DNA of 64,000 nucleotides, taken from the NCBI GenBank assembly GCA_022826665.1, contig JAJDUK010000024.1, positions 78,068 to 142,067 on the forward strand, in the 5' to 3' direction. The translations under genes and the position numbers were made by a program. Below the pieces are notes generated by a model, which did not search any database, was not told the DNA's origin, and was given only the letters and a program-made list of their open reading frames with translations. The stretch is from Alphaproteobacteria bacterium (lineage in GTDB: Bacteria; Pseudomonadota; Alphaproteobacteria; UBA828). How positions within the stretch are numbered: position 1 is the first letter of the stretch; each line of letters opens with the position of its first letter. Below, in pieces: positions 9,989 to 20,953 of the stretch.

Positions 9989-10341
9989 GTCTCGGATTCG
10001 GGTGCGCGCACGCGCATGTCGTCCCGCACCTCGGTCGTGCACGCGCGGGCGCGGCGCCCGTCCTCGAGCACGACCCAGCAGTCCTGGCACGCGCCCATGT
10101 TGCAGAATCCCGCGCGCAGGCTGCCGTTGAATTCGTTGCGGCGGAGCGCCACTCCGTTGCAGAGCAGCGCGGTGAGCAGCGTGTCGCCGGCGAGCGCTTC
10201 CAGCGGCCGCCCGTCGTGATAGATCGTAATTCCCGGCCGCCCGGTCTCGGCCAGACGCACGAGCCGGCACGCCGAATCCGGTCGTTGCTGCGCCGGTTGC
10301 GACATGGGCCCCGTGCTGACACGCCGGCCTAAGCGCGTCAA
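9985..10341 (-). CDS. (2Fe-2S)-binding small subunit, HcnA-like
   Basis: About 105-118 aa with the Cys motif GFCNMGACQDCWV. Its stop overlaps the start of the next gene. The start could be the internal Met (MSQPAQQ at 10305). Confidence 0.8.
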   Translation of the reverse strand: MTRLGRRVSTGPMSQPAQQRPDSACRLVRLAETGRPGITIYHDGRPLEALAGDTLLTALLCNGVALRRNEFNGSLRAGFCNMGACQDCWVVLEDGRRARACTTEVRDDMRVRAPESET

Positions 10342-10365
10342 GCAAGCCGCAGGCGCCCGCCCGCC

Positions 10366-11529
10366 TTATGCCGCCGGGCCGCCCTTCGGCTCCCGCCCGT
10401 AGACTCGGCCCTTCCACTCGCTCCGCCGCCCGCCCCAGTCGCGCAGCGCCGAATGCCAGGTCATGGCGAGGTAGAGCGTGCCGATAAGCGGCATCGTCAA
10501 CGCCCACGCGGAGGAGAGACGGTAATAGCGGACCGTCGGCAGGTAGCAGACCGCCATCCCGACGAGCCCGACGCCTCCGGCGATTTGCGCCGCGAGCGGC
10601 CCGCCGAGGCCAATAAGCGGTGCCCAGAACATGAGCGCCATGAGCAGCGTGCAGAGCAGCAATAGCACGGGCGAATAGCGGAGCTGGGTGTAGGCGGTGC
10701 GGGCGACCATGCGCCACACGACCCCGAGCGTTGGGTAGTCCCGATGGCTTTCCGCCCCGCGGCTCACACCGATCCAGGTACGATGTCCGGCGTTCTTGAC
10801 CGCCCGCGCCAGCGCGCAGTCGTCGATGAGCGCGCCCCTGATCGCCCCGAAGCCGCCGATCTGGGCAAGCACCGAGGTCTCGATCAGGACACAGCCGCCT
10901 GCCGCGGCGGCGACCCGCCGGCCCGGCCCGTTCGACAGGTGGAACGGATAGAGCAAGCGGAAGAAGTAGATGAACGCCGGCAGCAGCAGCTTCTCCCAGC
11001 CTCCCCGCATCCTGAGCGCCGCCATGACCGAGACCAGCGCCGCGCCGCTCTCCTCCTTTCTGGCGAGCAGCGCGCGGAGCATCCCCGGCCGCAGCGTGAT
11101 GTCGGCATCCAGCAACAGCGTCAGCGGCGTCTCGATCCGTTGCCGCCCTTGCTCCAGGGCCCAGAGCTTGCCGATCCAGCCCTCGGCCAGCGGCGCGCCG
11201 GTGTGGATGTCGAAGGCCAGAGAGTCCGGCGCGGCCTGCCGCGCGACCTCCGCCGTGTCGTCGCCGGAGCGGTCGTCGACCAGGACCACGCGCAGGCCGC
11301 GCCCCTGGCGGCCGAGCGCCGCAAGCGTCTCGCCGATGACCGCCGCCTCGTCGCGCGCCGGAATTAGAACTGTGACATCTTCGAGGCTGATATCCGCGGC
11401 ATCGTGGCCGGGCTCTGGCTCGAGCCGCTCGCGCACGCGCCACGGCTGCCAGGGCAACACCAGGACGCAGAGCCAGAGAGCCGCACCCGCCGCCACGAGC
11501 CCGCTCCAGAGCATCGCCACATTATCCAC
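10366..11529 (-). CDS. Membrane glycosyltransferase family 2 (HpnB-like architecture)
   Basis: N-terminal TM, LIPARDE, VVLVDDRSGDDT, DAD and GGC motifs, and 3-4 C-terminal TM helices. Sits 24 nt upstream of the HcnA-like gene on the same strand. Confidence 0.65.
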   Translation of the reverse strand: MDNVAMLWSGLVAAGAALWLCVLVLPWQPWRVRERLEPEPGHDAADISLEDVTVLIPARDEAAVIGETLAALGRQGRGLRVVLVDDRSGDDTAEVARQAAPDSLAFDIHTGAPLAEGWIGKLWALEQGRQRIETPLTLLLDADITLRPGMLRALLARKEESGAALVSVMAALRMRGGWEKLLLPAFIYFFRLLYPFHLSNGPGRRVAAAAGGCVLIETSVLAQIGGFGAIRGALIDDCALARAVKNAGHRTWIGVSRGAESHRDYPTLGVVWRMVARTAYTQLRYSPVLLLLCTLLMALMFWAPLIGLGGPLAAQIAGGVGLVGMAVCYLPTVRYYRLSSAWALTMPLIGTLYLAMTWHSALRDWGGRRSEWKGRVYGREPKGGPAA

Positions 11530-11630
11530 GGGCGGGGACCGCGCGCCGCCCCCGGTACGGGTTCAGAGCACTGAGGCCCGCGCCGCAGTAACCGCCGTCG
11601 GCGGCGCACCGGGGACGTACCGCGAGCGCG

Positions 11631-12029
11631 TCATAGCGACTTGTGCTTGACGAGGGTTACCTTGTTCTTGCCATCCTCGTGCCGGTAGCTGGCCTTGTCC
11701 ATCAACTCGCGCACGAGATAGACGCCGAGCCCGCCGATTGGGCGGTCCGGGACCGCCGAGTCGAGATCTGGCGGTGGTGCATCGGCAAACGGATCGAACG
11801 GCTTGCCGTTGTCGGTGATTTCCAGGGTGAGAGACTTGCGGTCGGAGGTCAGGGTGATATCGATGTCCGTCTCCCTCTCGCCGTCCTGACCGTACTTTAT
11901 GATGTTGGTGCCGATCTCTTCGAGCACGAGCTCGATTTGAAACAGGAGCTCGGGAGGCCAAGATTCGGCTTGCGATAAGATCCTGACCGCCGCGCGAATA
12001 CGCTCGATTTCGTCGAGATGCGCTTCCAT
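11631..12029 (-). CDS. Anti-sigma regulatory factor-type HATPase protein (RsbW/SpoIIAB-like Ser kinase fold)
   Basis: EEIGTNIIKYG ... LTLEITDNGKPFDP ... GGLGVYLVRELMD resemble the N, G1 and G2 boxes of GHKL ATPases in a protein of about 130 aa. Start taken at the internal Met of the track ORF. No STAS or PP2C partner is visible. Confidence 0.6.
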   Translation of the reverse strand: MEAHLDEIERIRAAVRILSQAESWPPELLFQIELVLEEIGTNIIKYGQDGERETDIDITLTSDRKSLTLEITDNGKPFDPFADAPPPDLDSAVPDRPIGGLGVYLVRELMDKASYRHEDGKNKVTLVKHKSL

Positions 12030-12339
12030 GTTGAGGGTAAGGTGCGCGCTCACTCTTTGGTCCTCGCTCAATAGGAGGCCGTGCGGGCATGTTGTCGCGC
12101 TGGCCGAAGCCATTCCCGCGTGGCCTCTACCGCCGTGGCTCCGCCGTCACCCTCCGCCCAATGCTGAGACGCTGATGAGCCAACGGCCGGTACGACACGC
12201 TGCTATACCTGCGGTCGCTTGGCAAGCGTACATGGTAGCCGAATTTTGCATAGCTGGAGCAGGCCGCCGCATTATGCCGCTGCGGCGTGGGCACGCCGAC
12301 CACTCTGGCTGGGGCTCTGAGCAATTCGAGGGAGGCAAA

Positions 12340-12417
<78 letters not shown>

Positions 12418-12473
12418 GCCGCCGGCTTCACTTAGTAAAGCGCCGGTGCCGCGTCAAGCGGCCGGGGCCAGCG

Positions 12474-14216
12474 ATGCGCCCCACGGCGGTAGGGCAACGA
12501 CGCAGATCGTTCGCGAGGCTGGCCGCGCTGGTCTTTTTCGCGCTGACGGTCCTGAGCGTGCCAGCTGCCGCGCCCGCGGCCGACACCCCGGTGCGCACCA
12601 GCCACGCAATGATCGCAGCGGCGCACCCCGCAGCGGTGGAGGCCGGCGCCCGCATCCTCGCAGCGGGCGGTGACGCCATCGACGCGGCCATCGCGGCGCA
12701 AATGGTGCTCGGTCTGGTCGAACCGCAATCCTCGGGCGTCGGCGGCGGCGGATTTCTGCTCTATTACGACACCGCGCGGAACACCGTGGAGAGCTACGAA
12801 GGACGCGAGACGGCGCCGGCCGCCACCGACGAGCGTCTGTTCCTGGCTGCGGACGGCACACCCCGTCCGTGGCCGGAGGCAGCCGTCGGCGGTCTGCCGG
12901 TCGGGGTGCCGGGCGTCGTCCGGATGCTCGAACGGGTCCATCGCGCTCGCGGCCGCACGCCCTGGGCACATCTTTTCGACCCCGCCGTCGTGCTCGCCGA
13001 GCGTGGCTTCACCATCTCGCCTCGGCTTGCGCACATGATCGAGAAGAACCCCGATCTCGCGCGCTTTCCGAACGCGCGCGGCTACTTATTCCATCCGGAC
13101 GGCAGTCCGAAGCGCGCCGGCGAGACGCTGGTCAACCCGGCCTACGCCGAAACCATGCGCGCCATCGCACGCGAGGGAGCGGACGCCCTCCATGAGGGGT
13201 GGATCGCGGCAGAGATCGTCGCCGCCGTGCAGGGTGATCCGGTGAATCCGGGCGCGCTCGCACTCACCGACCTCGCCGGCTATCGCGCCAAGGTTCGGCC
13301 GCCGGTCTGCGGCGATTATCGGCACCACCGCGTCTGCAGCATGGGGCCGCCGAGCTCCGGCGGCGTCACGTTGCTGCAAATCCTCGGGCTGCTGGAGCGC
13401 TTCGACCTCTCCGCACTGACGCCCGGCTCGGTGGAAGCCGTCCACCTGATCAGCGAAGCGAGCCGCCTCGCCTTCGCCGACCGCAATCGCTACCTCGCGG
13501 ACACGGACTTCGTGCGGGTCCCGGTGGCGGGCATGCTCGATCCCGACTACCTGCGCCGGCGCGCTGGCCCAATCGACTCCGACCGGGCGATGGGCGAAGC
13601 CGCGCCGGGCGCCCCTCCCGGCTCCGACGGCCTCGCGCGGGCCGACGCGGCGGCGCCGGAGTTCGCCTCCACCAGCCATCTCTCGGTCGTCGATGCGCGC
13701 GGTAACGCCGTCTCCTTCACCACCAGCGTGGAGCGCGCCTTCGGCTCGCGCCTGATGGCGGCGGGGTTTTTCCTGAACAACCAACTCACGGACTTCTCCT
13801 TCGCCCCGACCAGCGAACACGGCCCGGTCGCGAACCGCGTGCAGCCGGGCAAGCGCCCGCGCTCGTCCATGACGCCGACGCTGATCTTCGATGAGGCGGG
13901 CCGACTCGTCGCCACGCTTGGCTCGCCCGGCGGCTCCAGCATCATCGGCTTCGTCGCTCAATCGGTGATCGCCCTGCTCGATTGGGGCCTCGACGCCCAG
14001 GCCGCGCTCAGCCTGCCCCGGCACGTCAACCGCAACGGCGCGACCGAGCTGGAAGCAGGCACCGATCTCGAACGGATCGCACCGGCACTGGAGGCGCTGG
14101 GGCACGAGGTTCGCATCCGGCCTATGGTGAGCGGTCTGCACGCCATCCACCGGGTGGACGGGGTGCTGGAGGGCGGCGCCGACCCGCGTCGCGAAGGGAT
14201 CGCCCTCGGCCACTGA
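12474..14216 (+). CDS. ggt: Gamma-glutamyltransferase
   Basis: Signal peptide MRPTAVGQRRRSFARLAALVFFALTVLSVPAAAPAA, then a GGT body with the autoprocessing region around ...TSHLSVVD. The track ORF start at 12339 overlaps the tRNA and is rejected. Confidence 0.88.
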   Translation: MRPTAVGQRRRSFARLAALVFFALTVLSVPAAAPAADTPVRTSHAMIAAAHPAAVEAGARILAAGGDAIDAAIAAQMVLGLVEPQSSGVGGGGFLLYYDTARNTVESYEGRETAPAATDERLFLAADGTPRPWPEAAVGGLPVGVPGVVRMLERVHRARGRTPWAHLFDPAVVLAERGFTISPRLAHMIEKNPDLARFPNARGYLFHPDGSPKRAGETLVNPAYAETMRAIAREGADALHEGWIAAEIVAAVQGDPVNPGALALTDLAGYRAKVRPPVCGDYRHHRVCSMGPPSSGGVTLLQILGLLERFDLSALTPGSVEAVHLISEASRLAFADRNRYLADTDFVRVPVAGMLDPDYLRRRAGPIDSDRAMGEAAPGAPPGSDGLARADAAAPEFASTSHLSVVDARGNAVSFTTSVERAFGSRLMAAGFFLNNQLTDFSFAPTSEHGPVANRVQPGKRPRSSMTPTLIFDEAGRLVATLGSPGGSSIIGFVAQSVIALLDWGLDAQAALSLPRHVNRNGATELEAGTDLERIAPALEALGHEVRIRPMVSGLHAIHRVDGVLEGGADPRREGIALGH

Positions 14217-14235
14217 GCCCGGGTCCCGTCCCCGA

Positions 14236-15678
14236 TCACTCGTCCTGCGGTTCGACGACTTCCTGATCGGGGGTGTCAGGCAGGCGCAGCATGAAGACGG
14301 TGCCTGTCGAGTCGGTCCGCTCGAGGCTGATGTCGCCGCCATGATTGCGCACGAGGTCGCGGGCGATGGCAAGGCCGAGACCGGTGCCCTCGTCGCGGCC
14401 ACCGTCCGAAAACGCCTCGAACAGCTTCTCGCGCACCGGAGCGGAAATACCGGGACCGGTATCGGCGATTTCCACGACCGTATCGTCCGCGTCGCGCCAC
14501 GCGCCGACCCGCACCGTTCCGCCCCCATCCTGGCAAGCCAGCGCCTGCACCGCGTTCTGGGTCAGGTTGCTGATGGCCCGATAGAGTTGGTCACGATCGG
14601 CAGTCACACTCAGTTCCGGCGGCACCTCGTTGCGCCAGTCGATCGAGCCGTCATCGATGGGGAGCGCCGCCTGCACCTCATCGACCAGCGGCGCCAAGGC
14701 GAACGACGCGCGCCGGGGCGCCGGCAGCCGGCCCGTCGCGAAGCTCAGCGTGTGCGTGCAGAGCGTGATGGCCCGATCGATCGCGGCAACCAGCGGCAGC
14801 GCCAGCTTCTGCACCTCGGGATCGCGTGCCATCGCCAGCCGATCGGTCAGGACGGCGGCGGTCGCCAGCATGTTGCGGAGATCGTGGTTGATCTTGGCAA
14901 CGCCGGCGCCGACGGCGGCGAGCCGCGCCCGCTGACGGAGCGCCCCGCGCACACGCCGCTGCATCACTTGCAGCTCCCGCTGGGCCAGGCCGATCTCGTC
15001 ACGCCTGCCGCTGACCCTGACGGTCGCGGCCGCGTCCTCCGGCGCGCGGCGGAACGAGACCAGGCTATCGGTCATGCGGCCGAGCGGCAGCACCATGAGC
15101 CAGTGCAGGGAGAGATAGACCAAGCCGGCGACGACGAAGGCCAGAATGATCGAGAGCCATAGAATTCGTCCCGAGTAGTCGAGCATCGACGCGAACAGCG
15201 GAGCCTCCGGCAGCACGATGTCCACCACCGTGTCGGACGGATCGCCGGGAGCGTTGCCCATCACTCGGATCGTGCGCTCGCCGCCGTTCTGCAACGCATC
15301 GGCCGCATGGCCAATCAGGCCCATCGGTGTCGCCTCGCGCAAATCGAAGGTCGCGTCGATCGTCACCGGCATGTCATCGCTGAGCACCAGCAGGCGCGTA
15401 CCGGGGCGCTTGATCGAGATGGCCGAGACCCCGGCACGGTCCAGCAAGGCGAGGCGAAGCTCCTCGGTCACCATCCCGTCCGGCGACGCCTCCACCGCCA
15501 ACGCCGCGATCCGCGCAGCGTCGACCCGCTCTTCGAGGAAGACCAGGCGATGGCGCGCGATCGAGGGGACGTAGATGAAAACCTCGCCCAGAAGGACGAA
15601 GAGTATCGTGAGCACCAGCAGCCGCGCCGAGAGGCCGCGGGCGGCTCGCGACAGCACCGAAAGGGAAAACCCAGCCAA
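14236..15678 (-). CDS. Sensor histidine kinase (two TM helices, periplasmic domain, HisKA + HATPase_c); no cognate response regulator adjacent
   Basis: H-box INHDLRNMLATA. N/G boxes LTQNAVQA and DTGPGI ... GTGLGLAI. Two hydrophobic segments flank a roughly 130-aa loop. Confidence 0.85.
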   Translation of the reverse strand: MAGFSLSVLSRAARGLSARLLVLTILFVLLGEVFIYVPSIARHRLVFLEERVDAARIAALAVEASPDGMVTEELRLALLDRAGVSAISIKRPGTRLLVLSDDMPVTIDATFDLREATPMGLIGHAADALQNGGERTIRVMGNAPGDPSDTVVDIVLPEAPLFASMLDYSGRILWLSIILAFVVAGLVYLSLHWLMVLPLGRMTDSLVSFRRAPEDAAATVRVSGRRDEIGLAQRELQVMQRRVRGALRQRARLAAVGAGVAKINHDLRNMLATAAVLTDRLAMARDPEVQKLALPLVAAIDRAITLCTHTLSFATGRLPAPRRASFALAPLVDEVQAALPIDDGSIDWRNEVPPELSVTADRDQLYRAISNLTQNAVQALACQDGGGTVRVGAWRDADDTVVEIADTGPGISAPVREKLFEAFSDGGRDEGTGLGLAIARDLVRNHGGDISLERTDSTGTVFMLRLPDTPDQEVVEPQDE

Positions 15679-15743
15679 GATGTCCCGGAGCGATCGCCTG
15701 TTGCTTCGCCGACCCGACTATAGAGTCAGCGAGTGGCGGGCGC

Positions 15744-17153
15744 CTAGCCCAAACGCGCGAGCATGCGCACCAGACGGCGGGTGCGCGGGCTGAACAGCAT
15801 CGGCGCGTGGAAGCTGCCGGCGGCCCTCGCACTTGCCTCGCTCATGGTCGGATAAGGCACGATCGCCTGCGCGATCTTGCTGACCCCGATCCGGCACTGC
15901 ACCGCGAGCACCCAGGGCAGGATCAGCTCACCGGCGTGCTTGCCGACGATAGAGGCCCCAAGCACCCGGCCCCGCTTCGTTGCCACCACCTTCACCAGCC
16001 CGGCCGTCGCCCCTTCGGCGATGGCGCGGTCGTTCTCCTCGAAGGGGAAGCGCAGGATGCGCAGCTCATGGCCCTTGGCCCGCGCGTCCGCCTCGCTCAT
16101 GCCGACATGGGCGAGCTCGGGGTCGGTATAGGTGACCCACGGCACCGCGCTGTAGCGAGCCTTCGCGGGGAGCCGGAACAGCGCGTTGGTAATGATGATG
16201 CGCGATTGATAGCTCGCCGTGTGGGTGAAGCGGTACGGCCCCACGACATCGCCCGCCGCGAAGATGCGCTTGTTGGTCGTGCGCAGGCGTGAATCTACCA
16301 GCGGCACGCCGTCGTTGAGCGCGACCTTCGCGTTCTCAAGGCCGAGACCGTCGATCTTCGGCCGACGCCCCGCCGCCACCAGAAGGTGCGAGCCGCTGAC
16401 CCGCCGGCTTGCATCACCTTCGCCGCAGGTAATCGTGACGCCGCCGTCCGCGCCTGCCTCGACCGCCGTGACCCGGCTCTCCTCGTGGATCGTCACTCCT
16501 TCTTCGATCAACCGCGCCCGCACGATGGCCGCAAGCTCGGGATCGTCCCGCCGCAGCAGCCGCCTCGATTCGAACAGCGTGACCTGCGCGCCGAGCCGGC
16601 GGTAGGCCTGGGCCATCTCGACCCCGACCGGGCCGCCGCCCAGCACCAGCAGATGGGTCGGCTCCGGCGCCGAGTCGAACAGGGTCTCGTTGGTGAAATA
16701 GGGCACCGAATCGAGGCCCGGTATCGAGGGGACGACCGGCGCAGAGCCGGTGGCGATGATGAACCGCCGCGCGGTGACGCTGGTGCTGCCCACTTCCAGG
16801 AATCGTGGCGCGACAAACTGGGCCTTGCCGAGCTCCACGTGGACGCCGAGGCCGCGAAAGCGCTCGACCGAATCGTGCGGCTCGATCGCTGCGATGGCAC
16901 AGCGCATGTGGTCGTAGGCGGCGGCGAAATCGTCGCCTCGCGCGGCGGCAGCCAGCAGCGCCTTGGAGGGAACGCAGCCGGTGTTCAGGCATTCCCCGCC
17001 CATCCGGGACTGCTCGATCAGGATAACCGAGGCGCCCATCTGAACCGCCCCCGCAGCGAGCGAAAGCCCCGCCGAGCCAGCGCCGATCACGCAGAGATCG
17101 GCCCTGATTCTGTCAGTGACGGTCTTCGACCCGACTACGCTCGCTGTTCCCAT
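15744..17153 (-). CDS. FAD-dependent pyridine nucleotide-disulfide oxidoreductase (dihydrolipoyl dehydrogenase family)
   Basis: Redox-active disulfide motif GECLNTGCVPSK, a second NAD(P) Rossmann, and a C-terminal HPTMSE-like dimerisation motif (PYPTMSEA). Start at the internal Met MGTASVV; uncertain. Confidence 0.8.
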   Translation of the reverse strand: MGTASVVGSKTVTDRIRADLCVIGAGSAGLSLAAGAVQMGASVILIEQSRMGGECLNTGCVPSKALLAAAARGDDFAAAYDHMRCAIAAIEPHDSVERFRGLGVHVELGKAQFVAPRFLEVGSTSVTARRFIIATGSAPVVPSIPGLDSVPYFTNETLFDSAPEPTHLLVLGGGPVGVEMAQAYRRLGAQVTLFESRRLLRRDDPELAAIVRARLIEEGVTIHEESRVTAVEAGADGGVTITCGEGDASRRVSGSHLLVAAGRRPKIDGLGLENAKVALNDGVPLVDSRLRTTNKRIFAAGDVVGPYRFTHTASYQSRIIITNALFRLPAKARYSAVPWVTYTDPELAHVGMSEADARAKGHELRILRFPFEENDRAIAEGATAGLVKVVATKRGRVLGASIVGKHAGELILPWVLAVQCRIGVSKIAQAIVPYPTMSEASARAAGSFHAPMLFSPRTRRLVRMLARLG

Positions 17154-17584
17154 CCGCCGGCCTGCGTCTGCTCCCAATAGGTGACCGTATCGCCCCGCTC
17201 CTTGTGCGCCCGCCAGCGCGCGCGCGCCGCCTCGAGCGCCGCAGGATCGGTGCCGTCGAACATGTCGAGGCAGCGCTCGAAGCGGTCGGGATCGGCAGGG
17301 GCGATACCGTCGACCATCACGACGATCTCGGCGCCGTTGGGATTGGTATCGTCGGTTGCAAGAAAGATCGGCTGGCGCTCGGACTGACCATCGCGTGCCG
17401 TGCCGTGGGGCAGGAACGAGCCCTGCTCGTAGGTCCAGAGCGCCGCGTTCAGCGTCTCCGCGCGCTCCTCCGAGGCGGCAAGCACCACGGCGCGGCGCCC
17501 GCTCTCCAACACCTTCTCCAACAGCTTGGGAAGCGCCTTCTCCAGCGGCGTGCGGCGTAGCTGGTAGAAGGCGATCTCGACCAT
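17135..17584 (-). CDS. holC: DNA polymerase III subunit chi
   Basis: MVEIAFYQL ... typical HolC of 149 aa, directly downstream of pepA as in many proteobacteria. Confidence 0.85.
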   Translation of the reverse strand: MVEIAFYQLRRTPLEKALPKLLEKVLESGRRAVVLAASEERAETLNAALWTYEQGSFLPHGTARDGQSERQPIFLATDDTNPNGAEIVVMVDGIAPADPDRFERCLDMFDGTDPAALEAARARWRAHKERGDTVTYWEQTQAGGWEQRA

Positions 17585-17594
17585 CGCGCCGGCG

Positions 17595-19109
17595 TCAGCC
17601 CTCGTAGTGCGCCCGCACCAGCTGATCGAGCAGGCGGACGCCGTAGCCCGACGCGCCCTTGGGCACGGTGGGGTCGTCGCCGCGTTTCATCCAGGCCATG
17701 CCCGCGATATCGAGATGGGCCCACGGCACACCGTTGACGAAGCGCTGGAGAAACTGGGCCGCGGCCACGCTGCCGGCCTCGCGCCCCTTGCCAACGTTCT
17801 TCATGTCCGCGATGGCGGAGTCGATGTCCTTGTCGTAGCGCTCGCCGAGCGGCATGCGCCACACTTCCTCGCCGCTTTCCTTGCCCGCCGCGATCAGCCG
17901 CTCCGACAGCTCGTCGTTGTTGCTGAAGAGGCCCGCCTGGTAGGTGCCGAGACAGATGATGATCGCGCCGGTGAGCGTGGCGAGATTGATCATGATCTGC
18001 GGCTTGTAGGTCTCCTGCGTGTACCAGAGAGCGTCGGCCAGCACGAGCCGGCCTTCGGCGTCGGTGTTGATGACCTCGATGGTCTGGCCCGACATGGAGG
18101 TGACCACATCGCCGGGCCGCTGCGCCTTGCCGTCGGGCATGTTCTCCACCAGCCCCACCACGCCGACCACGTTGACCCGCGCCTTGCGGCCGGCCAGGCA
18201 TTTCATCAGACCGACCACGGTGCCCGCGCCGGCCATGTCGTACTTCATCTCCTCCATGCCCTGGCTCGGCTTGATGGAGATACCGCCGGTGTCGAAGGTC
18301 ACGCCCTTGCCGATGAAGGCCACGGGCTGAGCATCGGCGCCTTCGGGCGCGCCGTTCCAACGCATGATCGCGAGATAGGGCTCGTGCTCGCTGCCCTGGG
18401 CGACGCCGAGCAGCGACCCCATGCCGAGGCCGACCATCTTCTCACGGTCGAAGATTTCCACCTCGATACCGTCCTCGACGAGCGCCTCGATATCCTCCGT
18501 GATGGTCTTCGGATATTTGACGTTGCTCGGCTCCGAGACCATGTCGCGCGTGAGGAAGACGCCGTCGGCGAGGTTATCGTTCGGCGTGAATGCGTCTTCC
18601 GCCGCCGCCGGATCGTCGAGCATCACGGTGAGCTCGCCGAGGCTCTTCTTGTCCTCGTCCTTCTTCTTGGTGTGGTACTTGTCGAAGCTGTAGCTGCCGA
18701 GGCGCGCGCCTAGGGCGATTTCAGCCGCCATCGCAGGCGGCGCGATGCTGGCACCGTCGACCGCGTCCACCGCAACGGCGCCGGCCTTCGCGCCGGCGGC
18801 ATTCATCTTGCCGACGACGCTGCCGCCGAGCGCCCTCAAGCCCCGGCCGTCGATCTTCCCCGGCTTGCCGAGGCCGACCAGGATCACAGCATCGACGTCA
18901 AGGCCGTGCGGCGCGACGATGGTGGTGGACGTGCCCTGCTTCCCCTTGAAGCGGCCGGCGGCAAGCGCACGGCTGAGCGCGCCGCCCGTCTGTTCGTCCA
19001 ACTGGCGTCCGGTCGCGCCGAGGGTACGCTCCTCCGTGACGACGACGGCGACCACTCCCTTGGCCGGTGTCGCGATTTCGGAAAATGCAATCTTCATGGG
19101 GTTGTCCAT
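17595..19109 (-). CDS. pepA: Leucyl aminopeptidase (M17)
   Basis: NTDAEGRL, VGKGVTFDTGGISIKP and the overall M17 family pattern. Confidence 0.92.
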   Translation of the reverse strand: MDNPMKIAFSEIATPAKGVVAVVVTEERTLGATGRQLDEQTGGALSRALAAGRFKGKQGTSTTIVAPHGLDVDAVILVGLGKPGKIDGRGLRALGGSVVGKMNAAGAKAGAVAVDAVDGASIAPPAMAAEIALGARLGSYSFDKYHTKKKDEDKKSLGELTVMLDDPAAAEDAFTPNDNLADGVFLTRDMVSEPSNVKYPKTITEDIEALVEDGIEVEIFDREKMVGLGMGSLLGVAQGSEHEPYLAIMRWNGAPEGADAQPVAFIGKGVTFDTGGISIKPSQGMEEMKYDMAGAGTVVGLMKCLAGRKARVNVVGVVGLVENMPDGKAQRPGDVVTSMSGQTIEVINTDAEGRLVLADALWYTQETYKPQIMINLATLTGAIIICLGTYQAGLFSNNDELSERLIAAGKESGEEVWRMPLGERYDKDIDSAIADMKNVGKGREAGSVAAAQFLQRFVNGVPWAHLDIAGMAWMKRGDDPTVPKGASGYGVRLLDQLVRAHYEG

Positions 19110-19211
19110 CCTGCCGATACCTGCGCCCGCTGCGCAGCCTGCGCGAGTACCTTGTAGCTAACGTGGTGTTTCAGGTGAAGGGAGGCAAGCCCGCCCGCGC
19201 CGAATAGCGCT

Positions 19212-20819
<1,608 letters not shown>

Positions 20820-20888
20820 CGGTCGCTCTTCGGCGGGGGGATCGGGCCCGTCGCCCCGCTATCGGTCTTCCGCCGGCCCGCCGCGTGC

Positions 20889-20941
20889 GAGGGAAAAAGG
20901 GGCCGCGGCGTCACGCCTCGTGGGCGCGGCACCGCGGCCGC
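20889..20941 (-). terminator. Candidate intrinsic terminator downstream of the sugar-binding protein gene
   Basis: On the minus strand the stem GGCCGCGG...CCGCGGCC is followed by CCTTTTTCCC, lying between the solute-binding-protein stop and the pckA start. Confidence 0.5.
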
Positions 20942-20953
20942 TAAACGGTACGC

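Noticed and set aside
19110-19211. Possible terminator between pckA and pepA (CTGCGCAG palindrome)
   Set aside because: Only a short self-complementary octamer without a convincing stem-loop plus U-tract on the minus strand. Not reported as a feature.
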